From: Octopus vulgaris
Lineage: Eukaryota
Length of the DNA stretch: 64,000 nucleotides
Reading direction: 5' to 3'
Assembly: GCA_951406725.2 (NCBI GenBank)
Contig: OX597814.1
Span: 47,926,001 to 47,990,000, forward strand
The notes beneath the pieces were generated by a model that searched no databases, was not told the DNA's origin, and saw only the letters and a program-made list of their open reading frames with translations. The position numbers were made by a program, and so were the translations under genes. The first letter of the stretch is position 1. Every line of letters begins with the position of its first letter. Shown in pieces: positions 13,376 to 29,755 of this stretch.

Positions 13376-13395
13376 GTCTGTCTGTCTGTCTGTCT
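13057..13395. repeat. (TG)n and (TCTA)n microsatellites
   Basis: Directly visible. Confidence 0.9.
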
Positions 13396-13469
13396 ATGTA
13401 TACACAAACATCTATACTTGCATATGTACACGTATATGTATATGTGTTTATATATATATACTCTTTTAT

Positions 13470-13863
13470 TTTTTCTTGTTTCCAGTGACCATGCTGGAGC
13501 ACCGCCTTGGAGTGTTTTAGTCGAACAAATCGACCACAGAATTTATTTTTAAAGCTTAGTACTTATTCTATCAGTCTTTTTTGCGAACCGCTAATTTACA
13601 GGAACGTAAACACACCAACATTGGTTGTCAGGCGGTGATGGGGGACAAACACAGACAGAAAGACACACACATAGATATTTATATAAGCATATATATGACG
13701 AATTTCTTTCAGTTTCCGTCTCCCAAATCTACTCACAAAGCTTTGGTCGGCCCGAGAAAATAGTAGAAGACAACTTACTTGTCCACAGTGCCACGCTGTG
13801 GGACTGAACCCGGAACCATGTTGTTATGGAGCAAGCTTCCTACTACACAGCCACGCTTATGCC
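13470..13863 (-). mobile_element. SINE family A
   Basis: Homologous to 58195-58621 in reverse orientation. Confidence 0.88.
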
Positions 13864-13922
<59 letters not shown>

Positions 13923-14094
13923 CTGGGTTCGTGTGTTTGCATGTTGTTTGCGCACGCGCCTCTGAGTTTGCATTGTACACACATTCACACGTATATACAC
14001 AACACACACACACACACATATATAATCACACACGAACGTTGAATTATGGTTGAACGAATGAGAGAAGAAGGCTCAATACATTTTGTAGTATATA

Positions 14095-17000
14095 TAACTC
14101 ATTAAATCTTTAACTAGTTTCAGCTCGTGAGCTACGGCCAAGCTGGGACACCGCCGTTAGCCTTTCTATACCTTCACGATTTGCAACCTTCTCTGATATG
14201 TGGCATTTAGTGAATGGGGAAATTTGATGCTGCTGCCCTCATTTGCATTTCCTGCCATGAGGTAGGCCCACCAGAAACTCTTGACGGGTGGAGGTCCAGT
14301 TTTGTTTTGGAGACACCTACATCCACCTCATTCAGGTCTCTCAGGCTTTTGTGGAGAATACTGAAGTGCTGTGGGCCCTTGAAACCCTAGCTGTTGCAGT
14401 ATCGTTTCTGTGTCTTGATAGCGAAGTTCAGATCTTCGGCATTATGTAATTCTGCTGTTTGAGTAACTTTCAATGCCAAAGTTTGATACAAGTCCTTCCA
14501 GAATTTTCCAGATATATATCACTGCGTATCTTTACCGCCATCGTTCTAGGAAGTAGAGACTTAACGCTTTTAGCGTTTTGCAATAGTTGATAAGTCGCAT
14601 TGAGACGATCTTCTTTGTGTAGCTTCGCTGGATTGCTTCGAGTTCCGCCGTTAATTTTACACTATGTGGTGACCATAGTAGGGAACAGTAGTCTAAGCGG
14701 CTCAGGACATATGCCCTCCAAAGGACATTCGTAGTTTACTTTAATCTCGTTCTGAAAGTTCTAAGGATCAATCCGGCCAGCCATCTGCATTTTATTGCAC
14801 CTAGAAAGCTGCATCATTACTCATGTCATTCACTCATTGACACTCAATTACAACGACAAGGATTTCAGTCGATCCGATCAACAGAACAGCTTGCTCGTGA
14901 AATTAACGTGCAAGTGGCAGAGCACTCCACAGACACGCATACCCTTAACGTAGTTCTCAGAGTGATTCAGCGTGATACAGGATGTGACAAGGCTGGACCT
15001 TTGAAATACAGGTATTACTCATTTATGCCAACTGAGTGAATAGGAGCTATGTGAAAAAAGTATCTTGCTTAAGGACACAACATGCCATCAGGTTTCGAAC
15101 TTATCACCTTACGATCTTGAGCCGAATACTCTAACTGCTTAACCACGCGCCTTCACATTACTCGTGTCAATGCCCTGGACGCGCACTGATTTTGATTCAA
15201 GGATTGCAATACCGCCTGGACTAGTGTATTCAGTCTACATTTCATTCAACTTTGTGTGCTGGTAACTTAGGACTTGGGATTTTCCAGCATTAAACTGCAT
15301 GTTATTGTCCTCAGTCCACTTATATATTGCATCCACTTATATATTGCACCTGTTGCAGGTGCGCAAGATCCCCAGGTTTCTGTATCCTCTGAGAGACTTT
15401 TGTATCGTCTGCATAACTAGCAAAGATGGCTATTTGAGCAGCTGAGGACATGCTTGAGTGGGCTGCTATGCATAGCAATTGTCCTAAAAGTGCCTTGTGG
15501 AACACCACCTGCTATTTGTGTTCCCTTACAGGTGGATCTATTGGCCACTACTGCCCGACTTCTATCTTTTAGAAAGTCATATAGACACTCTCCACGTTTT
15601 CCTACAATGCTGAGGTCAAACAGCTTGTGACATATTATACCATGGTCGACTTTATCAAAAGCCTTTGCGATGTCGTGGTATATAACGTCCACATTCGAGT
15701 TGTTGAGCAGCAGCTTTAACACCCAGTCGTAGTGCTGTAAGAGCTGTCTGGCAGTTTCTGCCTGGTTAAAAACCATGCTTGGTGTCAATCTGCAAGTCAT
15801 TCTCTTCAAGGAACGCAATTAGTTTCCTTCGGACAATTCGTTCCCTGAGTTTTCTGAGTGAGGTCAGAGAGATAGGCCTATAATATTTAGCATCTACTCT
15901 GCTTCCTCTTTCATGGATAGGACATATATAAATTATCCCCTCTTTCAAATTGCCTAGGAGCTTACTACTTCCAAGGAAGCTCTGAAAAAAGAAGCTGCAG
16001 TGGTTCTGCAAGAACTCGTTTGCTAGATTTGAGAAGGGTTGCTGAGAATCCATCAGGGCCAGCAACTGAGTTTGCGTCGACCTCATCTATGGCCAGTATT
16101 ACATCTTTAATGTTGATGTAATCAGTTATTGCCACTTCCTCCGCTACAGGTGTAGTGGTAAAGAACTCCACTGGTTTGTTCACTTGCCTGTGTTTTAAAG
16201 GTGTAGTGAAAACACTTTTGAACTGTTCGTGCAGTATTTCATTTATCTGCATTAGGTTTCGTGCGAGGGAGCCGTCGTTTTGGAAGAAGGACCCTATCTT
16301 GTAGTGTACTGAGGCCGCTTCTTTGACAAAATTAAAGAAAGCATTAGGGTTTGACGACTTCATATATATTTTATAACTCAGATCTCTTTGTCCGCTCTCT
16401 CTTTTTCATGGGATTATTCCAGACTTTTCTCAAACTCCATCAGTGTTGTTTTCATGCAGGACTTTTCACTATTCTTGAGATATTTGTTCAGGCAGTTTGT
16501 AGTCTTTGTCCGTTGTCCCATAAGGATATTCCTCTTACTGGGAATCTCGTTTTTGTGAGTGTTGGCCTTGTACTCCGAAACAGATTTATCGCATATAGCA
16601 TGTATTACGAACAAGAAATGTTTAAGTTTTGTGTCAATGTGTGGTGCGGAGAGACTGTTTGAGGATCTCTTTCTAAATTGAGTTCCAGTTTGCTTTATGG
16701 AAGTTCAAACTGGAAAGATTTCGTGTACTTCGTATACGCTGTACGTCTGTTGCTCCTTTTGGTCCATATATAGTTATCTCTATTTTACTGTGATCCGAGA
16801 CTAATGTCAGTGTCACTTTCATCTTATGGACGATATCCTTATTGTTTATGAAGCAGAGATCCAATATATTAGTTGTCCTGATTGGCTGGAGCATAGTTTG
16901 CTCCATGAATGACGCATTGCTACAGTTGAACAGGGACTCTACCCTTGCTTGTTGGCAGTGTGTCATTCCTGAGAGCATGAGCCCCTCGAGCTATCCCACA

Positions 17001-17490
17001 TTAGGGAAGTTGAAGTCATTCACAAGGAATACACTGTTGCTCCAGTTTGGTAACAGCTTCTATTTTTGAGAAGCAGTCTTCAAACTTGCCTGTCTGATTT
17101 GAAGCATCTGGTGGGCGATATGTAGTACACATAACAATATAAAGTGTACAGTTTTAGTATCACATACTGAATTCAAATATTCTAATTGGACCTGGGGCGT
17201 GAGATCCTCACGAATCTTTTGTGCTATGCACAAAAAAGACTTTTATTCAGCTGCTGCTCGTTTCTCAAGTGGGTGAAGCTGGTTTTTGGAAGTAGCACGT
17301 ACTACGTCTGCATGCCGTCTTTTAGAAGCAGACAGTGTGCAATTTCATTCTTTCATGCCTCTCTTTTCTTTGTCCTCCCTGTGGAAAGAAGTTCTGATTC
17401 AATTCCATACAGTTTTGAAGGGCTTGCACCAATTTATTGATAACTGAATCAATTTTTATCTCAAGTCTCGAGTTTCACGCTACTGTGATC
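14095..17490 (-). mobile_element. Decayed CR1-group LINE (APE endonuclease + RT), interrupted by a SINE
   Basis: Minus-strand motifs: YRPPDAS, NDFNFP, NILDLCF, SDH (APE); GPDGF, YRPISLTS, HGF, DVIYHDIAKAFDKVDH, GVPQGT, YADDTK (RT). 3' tail at ~14100-14165. Many stops and frameshifts; 5' boundary uncertain. Confidence 0.9.
14829..15155 (-). mobile_element. SINE (family C head, family B tail) nested in the LINE
   Basis: 14-bp TSD CATTACTC(A/G)TGTCA at 14815-14828 and 15156-15169. Removing it restores the LINE frame (..GIDTSNDAAF). Confidence 0.9.
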
Positions 17491-17567
17491 TTGAGTTGCG
17501 AAATAAAAAATAAGCATATAATGTGTGTGTGTGTGTATCTATGTGGATGTATATGTATGTATATTTA

Positions 17568-17577
<10 letters not shown>

Positions 17578-17663
<86 letters not shown>
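17578..17663. repeat. (TA)n microsatellite
   Basis: Directly visible. Confidence 0.95.
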
Positions 17664-17666
<3 letters not shown>

Positions 17667-17918
17667 GAGGTGCGTGGCTTATTGGTTAAGGTGTCAGCAT
17701 CATGATCGTAAGATTGTGGTTTCGATTCCTCGACCGGGCGACGCGTTGTGTTCTTGAGCAAAACACTTCATTTCACGTTACTCCAGTCCACTCAGCTGGC
17801 AAAAATGAGTAACACTGCGATGGACTGGCGTCCCGTCCAGCTGGGAAACATACGCCAGAGAAACTGGGAAACTGGGCCCATGAGCCTGGCTAGGCTTTAA
17901 AAGGGCGCATTTATTTAT
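17664..17918 (+). mobile_element. SINE family C (tail variant 2)
   Basis: tRNA-like head with GGTTTCGATTCC, core ttcttgagcaaaacactt..cactcagctggcaaaaatgagt, tail gcgatggactggcgtcccgtccag ending in (ATTT)n. Confidence 0.85.
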
Positions 17919-18016
17919 CATTTTATATATACATATATATATATACGCATGCATATATGTAATGTCTGTATACATATATATATGCATGTATTAATGTGTG
18001 TGTATATATATATAAT

Positions 18017-18217
18017 CAAAAAAACCGAGAAAAAAGACAAGAGAAAAACAACGCGTGGACGTGGTACATGCGAAGTATTAATTAATAAGACGCTCAGAGA
18101 AGGAAAGAAAAGGTATTTCACGTTTCGAGCAAAGCTCTTCTTCAGAAACAGGAGAGAGAGGAAAGTCCAAAAGAAAACGAAGACGGAGGGAAAAAAAATC
18201 GCCAACAATACACATGT
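18017..18217 (-). mobile_element. Penelope-type terminal-repeat fragment with hammerhead ribozyme core
   Basis: Minus strand reads GTTT-CTGAAGA-A-GAGC-TTT-GCTC-GAAA-CGTG-AAAT (18149 down to 18115). Homologous copy at ~40735-40900. Flanked by TA/CA microsatellite. Confidence 0.65.
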
Positions 18218-19176
18218 AGTTATATTATACATATTTACTTACACACACACACGTGAGTAAATATGTATCTCATTCTCTATATAAAATCATACATACGTAC
18301 ACACACACACATTACGCATATATATATTTCTATACAGTTATTGTGTGAGAATTCGAGTATAACTATGTATATGGATGTGAGTATGTGCATGCATGCACAA
18401 TACCCTGAAAATAGCTGAATCAAACGAAAGGAAATGAAAAGGTACGATACTCTCCGTTTATCACGCACACATCAAATTCACTTTTATTTATTTAGTTAAG
18501 GGGTTTCACCTGCAGAGGTCGCTGGGGGTCTAGTTGAAAAATATATAAAAAAAAAAGCGAACAAAATATAAGAAAAAACGCAAAGGAAAGAAAAAAAGAA
18601 AAACTCCAGAGGGAGGAATACCAGTAGAAATCGCTGAATAACCACGTGACTTTCAAGTTCTTTGATCTTACCGTGTCTCTCTCCTTTCCCCCCACAACTT
18701 GCAAACATTTGTTTTAATACATAAAACCAACATACGAATACGTATGTATATTAATGTAAATGTATATGTGTGTGTATTCGAGTGCAATGCTCAAACTATA
18801 TTACACGGAAAGAGCAACTTGGCTGACTTTATTTTTCTCTCCCACTTCAAATACACGTTTTAAGAATGTGTGTATTTTGTAAGTGGAAGAGAAACGAAGG
18901 GTCGGGATCACTAGTGTATTGTGACTTTCTCTTTGCATCGTACTGCTTTTCCTTTTTTATAACTTTATCTGTTTATATTTCACCCCATCTTTCTCTATCT
19001 GTATCCCTCTCTCTCTTTTCTTTCTTGTATTTCATTTTGCATTCGTATATAAGAGATCATTTACGTAAGGTGGCTAAAAGGCCAACAACGAACTTATGAT
19101 ACGTGTAACTAGTGAAATACAAATCTGTGTACTATAAATCTCTAATAATTCTACACAGATACATAAAAGTCATAAA

Positions 19177-20240
<1,064 letters not shown>

Positions 20241-20593
20241 CTAGCAATTTATCTATGTACACACACATACGTACATATATATACACACCTATACGCATAA
20301 CCCATGCCAGCATGGAAAACGGACGTTAAACGATGATGATGATAATGATATATACCTATATGCATTCATATATGTATATATGAATATGAAGATATAACGT
20401 ACGTACACACACAAATATGTACATATATACACACACACACACACATACACATTTATGTATATGTACATATGTATATATATTCACATACACAGATTGTGAT
20501 ACCTCCACCACTATAACCCAACCCACTAGCTAGAACTAGTAAGAGTGTATAGATAATGTAATTTAATCTTTCTATCTCTTTCTCATTTTTACT

Positions 20594-20737
<144 letters not shown>

Positions 20738-21179
20738 TCCCTTACATGTGTGTATTGATTTATGCCCGCATATATAATGTATATAGTTATTCGAGTGTGT
20801 GTGTGAGTGCATGGATTTATGTTTGTGCCTAAAGATATATATTTTTGTGTGTGTGTGTGTGTTTGCGTTCAACTAAATGAATATGTGAATGATTGTTTAT
20901 ATTTGTAATATATTGCTTGTTATAGCCGTAGTAGTAGAAGTGATGGTAACAGTGCTAGTGGGAGTGGTTTTTGAGTCGCAACAACATTCATGCTCTACAG
21001 TTACACATGCAAGTACATAAAATGTTCTAACACACACTGAGTTAGCCATAGTAAATACATAGGGTTTAATTCATAATATACCTGCAAGAAAAGCTCGAGC
21101 AGATTCATAGTATTAAAAAAAAATGATTTTCTGAAGAAGAAGAAAAAAAAAATGTAGTAAAATAATTTACTATATAATT

Positions 21180-22314
21180 TCTCCGACCGAACCTATTCAC
21201 GTACCAAGGGAGTTAGTGACGGAAGGGCGGGCGGATGGATGGATGGGCTTACAGAGCTAGATAAATGGACCGGACAACGTAAAAACTGATAGTCAGATAG
21301 ATGGCTGGAGATGTAGGTGAGAGGGGCAATAGTTGCTTTAATTTTTTAGTCCCTCTTTATGTTCAATCAGTGCTTCAGCTGCAGTCGTCCCACCAACACA
21401 AGATCAATGGTTTCTCGTGGCTGCCGATCAACACTGGACACTTTACGCGCATACATACATATATATATATATACACAGTCCTTTATTTTTTCTCTCTTCG
21501 TCTCTTCCTGCCGTACTTCCTTCCTTTCGTCCCTCCTCACTCTCTCTTTCTCTCTCGCACGCACGCACGCACGCACGCACACAACACACAAAAGCAACAT
21601 TCTCGGATCAAATACTACATTACATTGCACAGAACAATCCATTCACTGTTGACAGCACTTGTGGTGGTAGTGCTGCTACTGCTGCCACTGGTCGCTTCTG
21701 CCGGCATCGTTGTTAACGTACGTTATCAACTTAACAGATATTAAGCTATCTCATCCGATCGACTTACTCAGTAGTACCTGCAATCAACCCACCTATTTTA
21801 AAGCGATCCTTTTCTTTTCTCCGCTATTTATTTACGAATTTTGCTCTGGAGTGCAATAACTAGCACAATTCCATTGCAATAACAATCTAAACATAGTTAC
21901 TACTACAGATTTTTACGGCAAAAAAAAAAAAGAGGAAAAAGAATCTACAGAAACTCGATTCTAGTTTTCACTGATATACTGACATGAAGTCTGAAGTACC
22001 TTTATAAACAAATATTTCTTCAAACACGCATACACAAGCTCTTATTTGTATATAGTCGCATGTAAAATACACATTAAGTACATGTATATTTCGGAACAGA
22101 TACATGTGTAAAGAGCGGGCTTCGTGTATATATTTATATGAGTGAAAGAGCCGACAAGAGATAAGGCCGAACTACGGCAATCAGTAATAATAACAAAGGC
22201 AACACTACCACTAAAAAGTCGATAGAGTGGCTACTTTTAACGAAATATGCCAGCGAGGTCAAGGCATAGAAGGCTGTGTGCGGATAGAGATTATTATGAA
22301 GCAGTGTTGACAAA
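21180..22314 (+). promoter_or_regulatory. Putative promoter / 5' UTR of the ZNRF3-like gene
   Basis: Lies immediately upstream of the first coding exon, has no recognisable TE, retains CpG, GC-box-like GGGCGGGCGG at ~21225, (CGCA)n at ~21556. TSS cannot be placed from sequence. Confidence 0.45.
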
Positions 22315-22318
22315 ATGA
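22247..22318 (+). other. Upstream ORF (23 aa, MPARSRHRRLCADRDYYEAVLTK*) whose TGA overlaps the main ATG
   Basis: ATG at 22247, TGA at 22316-22318 within ATGA. A second uORF (MKQC*) lies at 22296-22310. Translation untested. Confidence 0.5.
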
Positions 22319-22782
22319 TCGGTCGTCTTTGGCTAACTGTGTTGGATGTTTGGTGTAACCATTGCCAATACTGTGCTGTCTATCTCTTCCTGCTCTGTTT
22401 AGCCTGGCCCGGTTACATTGTAATGGCCAAAGAAAAAGCCATTTTAGAAATCTTATTGTACCAACCGCCGAAATCCGTTTCAGTGGATTACAAACCACCC
22501 GCTATCTCACCACCAGGTCCGGGTCCAGGTATCCGACCGTCACCGCCAATGATGTCCGGAGGTATACACATAGGCCCTGATATACACCATGAATACGGTG
22601 AGAATGGAAGAAGGGTAAATAACGTTGAAAATAATCCTGAGACGGGAATGGATGCGTTTGTTCCCTCTGGAAATTTAGCGCATCAGGGACTTAGGACATA
22701 CAATGAATACAAATCTTACTGGTTGAGTGGACATTTTTCACCTGCAGGGGCTGCTAAGAAGGCTGAAGGACCAATTATACAG
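22315..22782 (+). CDS. ZNRF3: First coding exon of a ZNRF3/RNF43-like PA-TM-RING E3 ubiquitin ligase
   Basis: CAAA-ATG start; hydrophobic signal peptide ending VMA. AKEKAILEILLYQ..DY and YWLSGHFSPAGAAKKAEGPIIQ align to recalled human ZNRF3 AKETAFVEVVLFE..GDY and TGLTGRFSRAGATLSAEGEIVQ. Phase-0 donor CAG|GTACAT at 22782/22783, the position where human exon 1 ends (after Q100). ZNRF3 vs RNF43 orthology cannot be resolved; likely a single invertebrate co-orthologue. Confidence 0.88.
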
Positions 22783-23648
22783 GTACATTTTCTACTTTTT
22801 CTTTTTCTTCCTCCGAACAAGCAGACATTAGATTGTTAAATTGAAAAGCCGTGTAAACAGTTTTTAAATGTTAGTGTAAACGGTGTTCTTGTGTTTATGT
22901 GTATGTGTCAAAGTACAGTAACTACAGACAGAAAATTGTGCATGTTTTGATGTTAGTAAGCAGTCTGTTGTTGTCTTTTTCATACATACATACTTACACA
23001 CATACATACATACATACATATGTATATATATGTGTGTGTATGTATGTGTGTGCTATGTATTCAGTTATGTGACGTATAGTTAAAATAGTTTATGCTTATA
23101 CGCTTACACATGTTGCATTGAGGAGGCTGATATACAAGTACCTGTATCTGTAAACACGCAACATTTGAGTATAACATTAATCATATCCCATGATTTAAAT
23201 GTATGTGATACATTCAGCTCGTGATAAGTATTAAATATATATATACACGCAATACATTATTTATTTCCAAGTGGCTTTGTAGTGTTATGGGTTATAGTGT
23301 ATTTCCACATTTACATTTGATTTTGTCGTGAAATACTACATAACTTGGTTGTTATATATATATATATACATATATCTTAATTAATGAAATACAAATGGTA
23401 CAACACTTCGGCTGTAAATAGATAAACCCTAGTTATATACTCGATTAAAGCTACAACAAAGAAAAAGAAAATGTTTGCCTGCAAATATTTATAGCTCTCT
23501 GCGATACGCTACAACATTATATGGTTTCGTACAAGTTTTGAGATGCTATGTATTTACGGACAACGGTGTGAATATATTGACTTTCTTCCTTTATTTCAAA
23601 GAAACATCTGAGTACTAGTTCATGTTAATTATTTATTCTCTGTTGATG

Positions 23649-23715
<67 letters not shown>

Positions 23716-24349
23716 ACACACATACACAAATGTATATTGGACTGCTATAAATATACTTTAGTACTGTTAAGCATTCTAGAAATGTTCCATTTGTGAGTTT
23801 TAGAAAATCAAAGCCCATCTTTTTATCACCCATAATAAAATTTTGTTTTTTGCTTATTAACACAGCTTCAAGTTCAGTATTGAGATTTTAAATCTTATCG
23901 GGATTCGAAATCAAAATATAATTAATTTAGAGCGACAGAATAGGAAGGTGGGAATCTCAAATGCTGATGTATTTTCCATGCTTAAAGTAAAAGGAGTGAA
24001 ACGATTCCCGATGGAAATCGAAACCGGTCCGCTGAAGTCTTATGGCCGTACTTCGGTGTTCCACCTCATGAATTATTGTGTTAATGCAATTTCTACAGTT
24101 AATTTCCCCCACATCTACAGTTTAAGAATTAAATACTAGTAAAGTTCACAAAAAGAAATATATTAGTGCGTATATTTGTCATTGAAGTCAATGAGTTAAC
24201 TCTTAACTGAGTTTTGTACCTTGTAAATCGGTGTGTATGTAAGCGCAGACATATCGGTGTGTATGTATGCACACAGACATATCTGTATGTATGTATGTAT
24301 GTAAATGTAATATGCAAATGTAGTTTGTTCATATGTGTATATCTGTGTT

Positions 24350-27392
<3,043 letters not shown>

Positions 27393-27554
27393 TATGTTCC
27401 AAGGGATGATAAGTTCAAAGCTGCTCAGCCACTAACACTAAAGAACTGAGAGATAAATATGAGAATGAATTAAGATTTAATCTGTAATCGTTAGTTCAAC
27501 AAAATATATTTTGTTTCGCCAATTTTATGTATTTTGTTGAGCTACCCGTTATGG

Positions 27555-27557
<3 letters not shown>

Positions 27558-27626
<69 letters not shown>

Positions 27627-27629
27627 TGT

Positions 27630-27670
<41 letters not shown>

Positions 27671-27948
27671 GTTTATATAAGCATATAATATGTATGTATA
27701 CACATACATGTTTGTATGTGTATGTATTTATATATAATATATATGATACGTATATATATATATACATGCATGTATGTGTATGTATATATTTATATATATG
27801 TATATACATATATGTATTTATGCATGTTTAATGTTTATATATATATATACACACAGATTTCTTCACGTGCAAATGTATGTATATATACCTATATAGGCAC
27901 CTATACTTGTGTGTGTGTGTGTGTGGATATATATAGAGAGAGAGAGTG

Positions 27949-28045
<97 letters not shown>

Positions 28046-28046
28046 T
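27558..28046. repeat. (TA)n/(TATG)n/(TG)n and (GATA)n microsatellites
   Basis: Directly visible. Confidence 0.95.
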
Positions 28047-29001
28047 AACGTATCCATTCATTTAATCTGAAATATATAAATTCCTAGTGTAATTTGACCA
28101 CTGTCGTCAGGCTTGTCTCCCACCGAGTCGATTGTTTTTGCCTTTTTATATTATATATCTTTATACTTTAATTTTATTACAATAATTAATCGACCTCGTT
28201 CCACTCTGCAAGACACTTTATTTATTACACATTACACAATAATAACACGTGTCTCATCAAATGTAGTAAGCACATTGTATTCAATGTTTACATATATAAT
28301 TTTTTATTGTTAACGTATCGTTCTATTTTAAGTACCTATTACTCTCTATATGTATATCATATACTTCCCACTCGATTCACAGCTTTCGCTTGAAAGTAAT
28401 CTTGCGGTTGGTTGTTTAGCATTCGGGTCGTTGTCGAGCGAGCAGACTTACTATCTACTATGAAATGCAATCTAACCGTGACCATCACTCTTCTAAGACG
28501 GTGAGGTATGAATTGAGGGAAATGTAGCTGCCATTTCTAGCATGTCAAATGTAGTCTTCCTCGTTCATATTTGACTTACGAGTACAAGTTGTATATATAA
28601 CTTATCGTCGCTGTCATTTAGCCCTAGATGTGCCCCAATCGAGCTAATTTATGATGAAAAGACTTATTTTCATGTGTAGTATATTTAGTGCTACATCATC
28701 GGATGTGTTTTATCTCGTCTCAGGCAATAGGATGTGTGCTTTAAAGGCTTCGTTGCTATTTCTAACATATCGACCATTTGAGGTCTCTCGCCCTTTGGCT
28801 TATTCTGATTCTGTTGTGTGAGCGTTTAATTGCCAATCAATATCATTCTATTGTTTGTGTGAAAACGCGTGTACTGTTCTTTTACATGTCCGCGAAACAA
28901 AATCAGTGTATCTATGTAAATTATATCTATGTGAGCAAATATTTACAAAATATTCTTGTTTATTTCAACCACTATCGCTTGAGTAAAATGTAATGATACA
29001 C

Positions 29002-29043
<42 letters not shown>

Positions 29044-29584
29044 TTAGTTCCACTGTCTGTATTGTGCAGTGGTGTGTGTGTGATTGTCAGCGTGGAAATA
29101 TGTTAACTTCCCTTCAAACTGTGCTGGTGAAAGTATTCGTATACGGTAACATGTTTGAATAATATGAAGCATACGTGACAAACATTTCCGTCCTTATATC
29201 ATTATATTAAAACCACGTTGTGCGTTATGTTGTGGGAGAAAACTATTCCAGAGAACTTTATAGCTTTAATTAACGATGGTCTGTGTCTACAAGGTACGCG
29301 GTTTTTTTTATAGCATAGTACAGTATGGAGCTAGCAGCATATAGAAACCTTATTATACGGTTTCGATTCTGGGTTCGCAGGACTTCGTATTTGTCTTCTT
29401 CACTAATAGTAAATCTGGGAACTTATCATGCTTAAGACAAGATACATAAAACTGGAATTCCCTCACCGAGCGAATGTGCCAAGACGAATTGATATAAATA
29501 TATATATTTTTTCTGGTGTCAGGAAACTTACGAAGGCCACAGGCACTCGAGGTTAGCATTACAAAAACAAAAATGTATGCACAT

Positions 29585-29755
29585 GTTGTTTAATCTCAGA
29601 TCAGCCCTGTTCAAACATACCCGTAATCAAATATGTTTCGATTATCAACATACCGTCTTTTAGGGTTATGTCTGTCTGTACCTTATGTTAGGGAGTAATT
29701 TGGCTGCTATTTCTAGCAGGCCGAGCGACCGCGTAGAAGCTTCCTCAGTGGTTCG
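29585..29755 (+). repeat. Interspersed repeat family G (representative copy)
   Basis: Motifs cagccctg..gagcagacctatgatcaaagg..tgaccat and gatttggctgctatttctagcagg.cgagcgaccac.taga.gct recur at ~28410, 28610, 31260, 31445, 31660(-), 38800(-), 48320, 54285, 58115-58780 and 60195. Confidence 0.75.

Noticed and set aside
21301-21744. 147-aa ORF upstream of the gene
   Set aside because: Runs through (TA)n, (CT)n and (CGCA)n tracts; no recognisable domain or splice support.
21395-22200. TCF/LEF-like sites near the promoter (AGATCAATGG ~21400, AACAAAG ~22192)
   Set aside because: Short motifs expected by chance in AT-rich DNA; the first is mismatched.
22783-22839. ORF continuation VHFLLFLFLPPNKQTLDC
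   Set aside because: Read-through past a GT donor at the conserved exon boundary into T-rich intron.
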